NCBI GenBank assembly: GCA_027019265.1 | Contig: JALUWX010000045.1 | Location: forward strand, 6 to 64,005 | DNA from: Phycisphaerales bacterium | Lineage (GTDB): Bacteria; Planctomycetota; Phycisphaerae; Phycisphaerales; UBA1924 | Length of the DNA: 64,000 nt | Direction: 5' to 3' | In this document: in pieces, positions 8,637 through 15,903 of the stretch | Position numbering within the stretch: position 1 is the first letter of the stretch | How the letters are laid out: every line of letters begins with the position of its first letter | Program-made: the position numbers and the translations under genes | The notes under the pieces: generated by a model | What the model was told of the DNA's origin: nothing | Databases searched by the model: none | The model's input: only the letters and a program-made list of their open reading frames with translations

Positions 8637-9151
8637 GTCGTCGGATGGGCGCGGTCTCGTTCTCGGAGGAGTCTGGCGAAGGCGTATTTGCGTCTTCGGC
8701 GGACGACTTTGGGGTCGGGTTGGAGGGGGTTGTAGTTGGATCCGTTGATGACGGCTGAGGCTTTGAGGTCGTAGGGGACGCCGCACTCGGGGCAGGGGGC
8801 GCGGTCGGGGAGGCCTTCGATGGGGTGGGTGCACCAGACGCAGAGTTGGTAGTTGTGATCTTTGCCCAGTTCCTGGAGGCGTTGGTGGTTGGATTTGGGT
8901 GAGAAGGCGAAGACCACGATCACGGCGATGGCGAAGACGGGGATGGCCGCGAGGAGGAAGTAGAATCCGAGGAACGCGGAGACGAGGTTGAAGATGAGGA
9001 TGGGGGCCGCGATCGAGATGACGTGGGGGGCGTTGGTGTTGACGTACATCCACCAGTTCGGGCGTTTGAACCCGGCCCGCGCGTAGGTGACGGGGTCGAT
9101 CTTCGCGCGGGTGAGATCTCGGATCGCTCGCTTTCGCTCGGGGCTCATCAT
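8618..9151 (-). CDS. Hypothetical membrane protein with a C-terminal CxxC...CxxC zinc ribbon
   Basis: Two TM helices (VISIAAPILIFNLVSAFLGFYFLLAAIPVFAIAVIVVFAF) are followed by CVWCTHPIEGLPDRAPCPECG. Its 3' end overlaps the convergent upstream gene by 19 nt. Confidence 0.55.
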   Translation of the reverse strand: MMSPERKRAIRDLTRAKIDPVTYARAGFKRPNWWMYVNTNAPHVISIAAPILIFNLVSAFLGFYFLLAAIPVFAIAVIVVFAFSPKSNHQRLQELGKDHNYQLCVWCTHPIEGLPDRAPCPECGVPYDLKASAVINGSNYNPLQPDPKVVRRRRKYAFARLLRERDRAHPTTQPSSP

Positions 9152-9211
9152 GGGGGTGGATGGTACGGGAATGCGGGGTCTGGTGGGGGTGGGTCGCTAT
9201 CCTTGGGGCTC

Positions 9212-12088
9212 ATGAAAACGCTCTACTTGATCGATGGGTATGCCCAGTTCTTCCGCGCGTATCACGCGATTCGGACTCCGATGTCGTCTCCTGTGACGGG
9301 GGAGCCGACGAATATGACGTATGGGTTTGTGGGGATGCTGCTCAAGCTGCTGCGGAATGACGGGGCGCATCTGAAGGACGGGGGGGAGGTGACGCACATC
9401 GCGGTGGCGCTGGATGTGTCGGGGGACACGGGGACGTTCCGGTCGGGGTTGTACCCGGAGTACAAGGCGAACCGGGATGCGCCGCCGGAGGATTTGCGGC
9501 CTCAGGTGGAGCGGACGCTGGGGATTCTGGAGGCGATCGGGGTTCCGGTGATCGGGTCGGAGGGGTTTGAAGCGGATGATGTGATCGCGACCTTGGCTTC
9601 GACGTATTCGGAGAAGCACCCGGATGTGCGGGTCCGGATTATCTCGAAGGACAAGGACCTGAAGCAGCTGTTGGGGGAGGGGAGTCCTTCGACGGAGATG
9701 TACGACCTGCACAAGGACGAGTTGATTACCGAGAAGGATCTGATGGCGGATCTGGGGATCCGTCCTGATCAGGTGATCGATCTGCTGACATTGATGGGGG
9801 ATACGGCGGACAACATCCCGGGGGTGGACGGGATCGGGATCAAGACGGCGGCGAAGTTGTTGGTGGAGTATGGGGATCTGGATTCGATTGTTGCGGCCGC
9901 GGATGAGGGGGGGATCAAGGGGAAGCGGCGGGAGAACATCATTGCGGCGAAGGATCGGCTGCCTTTGAGCAAGGAGTTGGTGACGCTCAGACATGATGTG
10001 CCGATCGAGCTGGATCTGGGGAAGGCGGATGTGAAGGGGTTGGACCTGGCGAAGCTGCTTCCGCTCTGTAAGGAGCTGGGGTTCAATCGGTATCAGGATG
10101 ATGTGAAGGCGATGGTTGATTCGGGGGCGAAGACGAAGGGTGTTGCGCCTTCGTTCGGGTCGTTGTTCGATCAAGCGGAAGAGAGTGTGCGCGAGGCGGA
10201 GGGGGCGTATGTCACGGTGACGACGCGCGAGGGGCTTGCGGGGATGATGAAGGACATCGAGGGCGCGGAGCTGCTCGCGGTGGATACGGAGACGACGGAT
10301 CTGCGGCCGGTGTGGGCGGGGCTGTGCGGGATCTCGGTGGCGGACAAGGAGGGGCGCGGGTGGTATGTGCCCTGTGCGTGTCCGGAGGAGGAGTCGTGTT
10401 TGGATGTCGGGACGGTGGTGTCGGCGCTCAAGCCGATACTGGAGGATGGGTCGGTCGCGAAGGTTGGGCACAACCTGAAGTACGACATGATCGTGCTCGA
10501 ACGGCACGGGATTTCGCTGAAAGGGCATCAGCTTTCGGAGGGTGATGATGTGGTGGGGCGCGGGGACTCGATGATCCAGAGCTTTGTGCTCGATTCGACG
10601 AGGTCGTCGCACTCGATGGACAACCTGGCGCTGGCGCTCTTGGGGAGGACGAATATCCCGATCAAGGAGCTGATCGGGACGGGGAAGAGTCAGCGGACGT
10701 TTGACAAGGTGCCTTTGAAGCAGGCGGGGCCGTATGCGGCGGAGGATGCGGATGTGACGCTGCAGCTGGCGCGGCTGATGGGCGCGGATCTGGTGAAGGA
10801 TCCGGGGCTGATGAAGCTGTACCGGACGGTTGAGATGCCGCTGGTGGATGTGCTGGCGCGGATGGAGCGTGCGGGGGTGGTGGTTGATATGGATGAGCTG
10901 GGTCGTCAGGAGGCGCGGCTTCAGGCGCGGATCGATGAGCTTGTCGAGGAGATCAACTCGATCGCGATGGAGACGATCGGGCGGACGTTCGATCTGAACT
11001 CTCCGAAGCAGTTGTCGCAGGCGCTGTTCAATGCGGTGGATGATGAGATGGAGGGGCTCGGGCTCAAGCCCGTGAAGAAGACGAAGACGGGGTTCTCGAC
11101 GGACGCGGAGGTGCTGGAGAAGCTGGCGCAGGATGATTCGATCGAGACGACGATCCCGACGTTGATCCTTGAGTATCGGCAGCTGACGAAGCTGGTATCG
11201 ACGTACCTCAAGGCGCTGGCGGATGAGATCAACCCGGAGACGGGGCGGATCCATGCGGGGTTCCATCAGGCGGTGGCTTCGACGGGTCGGTTGAGTTCGT
11301 CGGATCCGAACCTGCAGAATATCCCGATCCGGACGGACATCGGGCGCGAGATCCGGAGGGCGTTTGTCGCGCCGGAGGGTCGGGTGCTGGTGACGGCGGA
11401 CTATTCGCAGATCGAGCTGCGGGTGCTGGCGCACTTGTCGGAGGATCCGGCGCTGATGGATGCGTTCCACGGGGGGGAGGACATCCATCGCGCGGTGGCG
11501 GCGCAGATCCACGGGGTGTCGCTCGATGCGGTGACGGGTGAGCAGCGGTCCGGGGCGAAGATGGTGAACTTCGGGATCGTGTACGGGATCACGGCGTTTG
11601 GTTTGGCGCGTCGGCTCGGGGTGTCGAACACGGAGGCGGCGGAGATCATCGACGGGTACAAGGCGAAGTTCGTGAACATCGCGACGTTCCTCGATCGGTG
11701 TGTCGAGGAGGCGAAGTCGAAGGGGTATGTGGAGACGATGCTGGGTCGGCGTCGCGCGATCGAGGAGATCGAGGCGCGGAACCCGATGCGGCGGGCGCTG
11801 GCGGAGCGGCTGGCGATCAACTCGGTGGTGCAGGGGTCGGCCGCGGATCTGATCAAGGTGGCGATGATCGATCTGTACGGGGATCTCGTTGAGGCGCAGG
11901 AGGGGGACGCGATGTTCGGGTCGGAGATGATCCTGCAGATCCACGACGAGTTGGTGTTCGAGACCCCGGAGGGGCTCGGGGAGTCTGCGAAGGCGCGGAT
12001 CGTGGAACGGATGGAGGGGGCGATGGCGCTGAAGGTGCCCTTGCAGGTGGATGCGCACGTGGCGACGAACTGGTATGACGGTAAATGA
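9212..12088 (+). CDS. polA: DNA polymerase I
   Basis: 5' nuclease N-terminus MKTLYLIDGYAQFFRAYHA. Polymerase motifs DYSQIELRVLAH, RSGAKMVNFGIVYG and QIHDELVFE. The ATG at 9212 is preferred over the Gly-rich upstream extension in the track. Confidence 0.95.
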   Translation: MKTLYLIDGYAQFFRAYHAIRTPMSSPVTGEPTNMTYGFVGMLLKLLRNDGAHLKDGGEVTHIAVALDVSGDTGTFRSGLYPEYKANRDAPPEDLRPQVERTLGILEAIGVPVIGSEGFEADDVIATLASTYSEKHPDVRVRIISKDKDLKQLLGEGSPSTEMYDLHKDELITEKDLMADLGIRPDQVIDLLTLMGDTADNIPGVDGIGIKTAAKLLVEYGDLDSIVAAADEGGIKGKRRENIIAAKDRLPLSKELVTLRHDVPIELDLGKADVKGLDLAKLLPLCKELGFNRYQDDVKAMVDSGAKTKGVAPSFGSLFDQAEESVREAEGAYVTVTTREGLAGMMKDIEGAELLAVDTETTDLRPVWAGLCGISVADKEGRGWYVPCACPEEESCLDVGTVVSALKPILEDGSVAKVGHNLKYDMIVLERHGISLKGHQLSEGDDVVGRGDSMIQSFVLDSTRSSHSMDNLALALLGRTNIPIKELIGTGKSQRTFDKVPLKQAGPYAAEDADVTLQLARLMGADLVKDPGLMKLYRTVEMPLVDVLARMERAGVVVDMDELGRQEARLQARIDELVEEINSIAMETIGRTFDLNSPKQLSQALFNAVDDEMEGLGLKPVKKTKTGFSTDAEVLEKLAQDDSIETTIPTLILEYRQLTKLVSTYLKALADEINPETGRIHAGFHQAVASTGRLSSSDPNLQNIPIRTDIGREIRRAFVAPEGRVLVTADYSQIELRVLAHLSEDPALMDAFHGGEDIHRAVAAQIHGVSLDAVTGEQRSGAKMVNFGIVYGITAFGLARRLGVSNTEAAEIIDGYKAKFVNIATFLDRCVEEAKSKGYVETMLGRRRAIEEIEARNPMRRALAERLAINSVVQGSAADLIKVAMIDLYGDLVEAQEGDAMFGSEMILQIHDELVFETPEGLGESAKARIVERMEGAMALKVPLQVDAHVATNWYDGK

Positions 12089-12132
12089 TCCGGCGATTTG
12101 GGGGGCGACCCCGATCAGGTTCCTGATATCAT

Positions 12133-13071
12133 GTGCTCATGCCCCCCCCTACTGCTCCGACAACCTGGACGACGCGCGAGCTGCTTGGGTGGATGACGCG
12201 CGCGTTTGAGGACAAGGGGCTCGATTCTCCGAGACGGATGAGCGAGATGCTGCTCGCGCATGTGCTGGGGACGGAGCGATTGAAGCTGTATATGGATCCG
12301 GATCGGCCGGCGAGTCCGCTGGAGCGGGATCAGCTGCGTGGGCTGGTGGGTCGGGCGCTCAAGCACGAGCCGATCCAGTATCTGGTTGGGGAGGAGTCGT
12401 TCTTCGGGATGACGTTCACGGTGGATCGAAGGGTGCTGATCCCTCGGCCTTCGACGCAGACGATCGTGGAGGAGGTGCTGCAGCACGCGCGGTCGGACCC
12501 GGAGGCGCGGACGATGCGTGCGAGCGATGCTGGGGCGGGGCTGATGATCGCGGATGTGTGCACGGGGTCGGGGTGTTTGGCGCTGGCGCTGGCGAAGCAC
12601 CTTCCCGGGGCTCGTGTGGTGGCGAGTGACATCAGCGCGGAGGCGCTGGCGTGCGCGAAGGAGAATCTGGAGCGGCACGGGCTTGGGGATCGGGTGGAGC
12701 TTGTGGAGGGGGATCTGCTGGCGCCGATCGAGGCGCATCCGGTGGCGGGTCGCGCGGGGGGGTTGAAGTATCTGGTGAGCAATCCGCCGTACATCCCGGA
12801 TCATGAGTGGGACGCGGTGGAGCCCAACGTGAAGGACCATGAGCCGACGACGGCGCTCCGGGGTGGGGTGAATGGGTTGGATCTGGTGCGCCCAATTCTG
12901 GAGCGGGGTCCGAAGCTGCTTGCGAAGGGTGGGATGCTGTGTGTGGAGCTTGCGAGCTCTCATGCGGCGGAGGTTTTGGAGATCGCGAAGGGGGACGATC
13001 GGCTCGAGCGGGCTCGGATCGTGAAGGACTGCGATGAGCTGGATCGGGTGCTGGTCGCGATGCGGACGTGA
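12133..13071 (+). CDS. prmC: Peptide chain release factor N5-glutamine methyltransferase (HemK/PrmC)
   Basis: NPPYIP motif, SAM motif DVCTGSGCLALALA and the typical N-terminal HemK helical domain. Confidence 0.9.
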   Translation: MLMPPPTAPTTWTTRELLGWMTRAFEDKGLDSPRRMSEMLLAHVLGTERLKLYMDPDRPASPLERDQLRGLVGRALKHEPIQYLVGEESFFGMTFTVDRRVLIPRPSTQTIVEEVLQHARSDPEARTMRASDAGAGLMIADVCTGSGCLALALAKHLPGARVVASDISAEALACAKENLERHGLGDRVELVEGDLLAPIEAHPVAGRAGGLKYLVSNPPYIPDHEWDAVEPNVKDHEPTTALRGGVNGLDLVRPILERGPKLLAKGGMLCVELASSHAAEVLEIAKGDDRLERARIVKDCDELDRVLVAMRT

Positions 13072-13084
13072 AGCGCTCTGGGGG

Positions 13085-14737
13085 TTACTCGGTTTCAGCG
13101 CCGAGGGCTTCGCGGACCTGTTTGACGAGGAGTTCGATCTCGAAGGGTTTGAAGAGGACGGACTGGAGCCCTTCCTGTGAGGCGCGAACGATGGAGTGGT
13201 GTGGGTCGTAGCCGAAGCCGGTCATGAGGATGACGGGGGCTTGGGGGCAGTGCTTGCGCGCTGCGGAGAAGACTTCGTAGCCGTTCCGGTCGGGCATTTG
13301 GATATCGGAGACGATGAGGTCGTAGGGCTCGTGGATGTGGTCGCCGACTTTTTCGAGGAGTTCGATTGCTGCGGCGCCGTCGGAGACGACTTCGGTGGTG
13401 CATCCTCGGTGGGCGAGGACTTCGCCGATGATCTTGCGGATCTTTTTGTTATCGTCGGCGATGAGGATGCGTTTGTGCTGGAGGAGGGGGTCGATGTGTC
13501 GTTCGAGGAGGGCTGCGTCTACGCCGAGGAGTGTTTGGGGGCCTTGGGAGACGTTGCGGACCCGGTCTTTGATGTTCTCGACATCGGAGAGGATCCGGTC
13601 GATGTGGGCGCTGGTCTCGGGGTCGGCGGTTTTCTGGTGTTCTTTGAGCCAGTCGATTTCGTGGATGATGTCGTCGAGGGGTTCGTTGATTTCGCCTTCG
13701 AATCGGCCGGAGACGGTTTTGTTGGTGGTGGTCCGCTCGGTGACGAGGAGTTGGAGCATGTGGAGGGCCATGGCAACGTAGCGGCCGAAGATTTCGGCGA
13801 ACTGTCGGTCCTGGTCGTCGAAGGCGCCGGGTTTCTGGGACTCGATGTCCATGATCCCGATGACCTTGTCGCAGATCCGGAGCGGGACGGTGAGTGAGGA
13901 TCGTGCGCCTCGGAGGCCGGGGAGGAATCGTTCGTCGGCGCGGGTGTCGTTGCAGATGTAGCTTTCGCCGGTGGCGGCGACGTGTCCTGAGATGCCTGAG
14001 CCGTCAGATTCGAGGAAGAGGTCGAGGTCCTGGATTTCTTCGGGGAGCCCGGACTGCATGACGAGCTCGAGGCGTTTCTTCTTGTGGTTGACGAGGAAGA
14101 TGGCGAAGTGGTCGGAGCGGAGAAGTTCGTGGGACGAGTGGACGATGCGTTGTTCGAGGAGTTGGAGACGTTCGAGGGCGTTCATCTCCTGGATCTGCTC
14201 GACGTCGAGACGGACGAGTTCGAAGCCCGCGCGGTCGATGGCGTCCATTTTTTGTTGGATGCGGGAGGAGATGGTGACGTCACGGACGATGGCGGCGATC
14301 CGGTCGATGGTGGTGTGGGCGTGCTCGACCCGTGCGATCCCGGTGATGTAGACGTCGTAGGCGCGGGAGCCGTCGGCACTGTCGATGCGGTGCTTGGTGA
14401 TGAGGGATCCGGGGATGGAATCGGATGCGTCCTCGAGGGCGTCGGCGCATTGGACCCCGAGGGCGAGGACTCGTCGGCGGACGTTCTCGGAGAGGGCTTC
14501 GAAGTATTCGTTGGACCAGCGGAGTTCGCCGGAGGGTTCGATGATGGCGACGCCTTCGCCGAGTGCTTTGAGGACGGCGGCGACGGAGGTCTCGTCGGGT
14601 TGGGACATGACCTCGAACCGGTCCCCGAGTTCGGCGCGCAGACGGCGGGTTTCTTCCGGTGTGGCGCCGACAAGTACGAGTTTGGGCTGGGTCTTCACCA
14701 TCGAGAGGGCGTCCAGACGGGGCTGTCCTGACTGCAT
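13085..14737 (-). CDS. Sensor-type response regulator: N-terminal sensory region with a GAF-like domain, C-terminal receiver domain
   Basis: C-terminal receiver: KRILIADDNKKIRK...DLIVSDIQMPDRNGYE...PVILMTGF...KPF. Central GAF-like segment: FLVNHKKKRLELV...GISGHVAATGESYICND...SSLTVPLRICDKVIGIMDIES. The start is uncertain (ATG at 14737 or 14701; the track starts at 14812). Confidence 0.8.
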   Translation of the reverse strand: MQSGQPRLDALSMVKTQPKLVLVGATPEETRRLRAELGDRFEVMSQPDETSVAAVLKALGEGVAIIEPSGELRWSNEYFEALSENVRRRVLALGVQCADALEDASDSIPGSLITKHRIDSADGSRAYDVYITGIARVEHAHTTIDRIAAIVRDVTISSRIQQKMDAIDRAGFELVRLDVEQIQEMNALERLQLLEQRIVHSSHELLRSDHFAIFLVNHKKKRLELVMQSGLPEEIQDLDLFLESDGSGISGHVAATGESYICNDTRADERFLPGLRGARSSLTVPLRICDKVIGIMDIESQKPGAFDDQDRQFAEIFGRYVAMALHMLQLLVTERTTTNKTVSGRFEGEINEPLDDIIHEIDWLKEHQKTADPETSAHIDRILSDVENIKDRVRNVSQGPQTLLGVDAALLERHIDPLLQHKRILIADDNKKIRKIIGEVLAHRGCTTEVVSDGAAAIELLEKVGDHIHEPYDLIVSDIQMPDRNGYEVFSAARKHCPQAPVILMTGFGYDPHHSIVRASQEGLQSVLFKPFEIELLVKQVREALGAETE

Positions 14738-14883
14738 TGGACCGATCCCGAGAATACGGGGATGAACACGGTTCCATCCAACCTTTCGCACGAAGAAGGG
14801 TGTCGGGTGCACCCTGTCGTACGCTTCTGTGCGCTTCCTTGACGCTAGTATCGGCGCTGGACGCTTGGAGGCACGCGAAGTCG

Positions 14884-15903
14884 ATGATTTCTGTCCGAGA
14901 AATCCGGAAATCCTTTGGTCCGCTCCGGGCGGTGGATGGAGTGACGTTTGAGCTCGAACCGGGTCAGGTGGCGGGGCTTTTGGGTCCGAACGGGGCCGGG
15001 AAGAGCACGACGATCCGGATGATCACGGGGTTCCTGGGTCCGGACTCGGGATCGATCGAGATCATGGGCGCGGATATTGCCGAATCGGCGTCGTTGGCCA
15101 AATCTCGGCTCGGGTACCTCCCGGAGCAAGCGCCGATCTATCCGGAGATGTCGGTTTCGGGGTATCTGAAGCACAGGGCGAAGCTGCTGGGGGTGGAATC
15201 GGGGTCGATCAAGGGGGCGATCGGTCGTGCGGTGGATCTGTGTCGATTGACGGGGATGGAGAAACGTCGGGTGGGGCACTTGTCGAAGGGGTACAAACAG
15301 CGGGTGGGGCTTGCGGGGGCGCTCATCCATGATCCGCCGGTGCTGGTGCTGGATGAACCGACGAATGGGCTGGATCCGAGCCAGATCCGGGAGAGTCGGT
15401 CGTTGATCCGGGATCTGGCTGAGAACAAGACGATGTTGATCTGTTCGCACATCTTGCCGGAGATCGAGCGGGTGTGCGATCGGGTGATGATTATGAACCA
15501 GGGGCGGATCCGGGCTGACGGGTCTCCGAGTGAGCTGATCGAGGGGGCTCCGGGTCCCGAACGGTACGTGGTGGAGATCCGGACGAACCCGAGCGCGGGG
15601 ATCGAGCACTGTCTCCGGACGTTGGCGCTCGTTCCGGGTGTGGCTTCGACGATCGCTTCGGCGGAGCAGCCCGAGGATCATGCGCGGGGGTGGTGTCGGG
15701 TGGTGGTGGACGCGATGGAGGGGGAGGGGGATCTGCGCGAGGCGATTGCTGGGGCCGCGGCGGACAAGGGGCTGTTTATCCGAGAGCTGTCGAGGAAGCG
15801 GGCGACGCTGGAGTCGATCTTCGTGGATCTGATCGATCCGTCGAAGGATGTGCGGCTCACGACGGAGGGGAACGGGGCGGAGCACGCGGGGGTGATCTCG
15901 TGA
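14884..15903 (+). CDS. ABC transporter ATP-binding protein (ABC-2/GldA-like)
   Basis: Walker A GPNGAGKST, signature LSKGYKQR and Walker B VLVLDEPTNGLD. The ATG at 14884 (MISVREIRKSFG) is preferred over the upstream extension. Confidence 0.92.
   Translation: MISVREIRKSFGPLRAVDGVTFELEPGQVAGLLGPNGAGKSTTIRMITGFLGPDSGSIEIMGADIAESASLAKSRLGYLPEQAPIYPEMSVSGYLKHRAKLLGVESGSIKGAIGRAVDLCRLTGMEKRRVGHLSKGYKQRVGLAGALIHDPPVLVLDEPTNGLDPSQIRESRSLIRDLAENKTMLICSHILPEIERVCDRVMIMNQGRIRADGSPSELIEGAPGPERYVVEIRTNPSAGIEHCLRTLALVPGVASTIASAEQPEDHARGWCRVVVDAMEGEGDLREAIAGAAADKGLFIRELSRKRATLESIFVDLIDPSKDVRLTTEGNGAEHAGVIS

Noticed and set aside
9197-12058. A 953-aa minus-strand ORF opposite polA. Similar cases are 7368-9053, 16215-18308 and 43000-45528 on the minus strand, and 21754-24090 on the plus strand.
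   Set aside because: All are extremely Arg/Pro/His/Gly-rich with no recognisable domains. All lie antisense to genes with clear family motifs. Long stop-free antisense frames are expected at this GC content.
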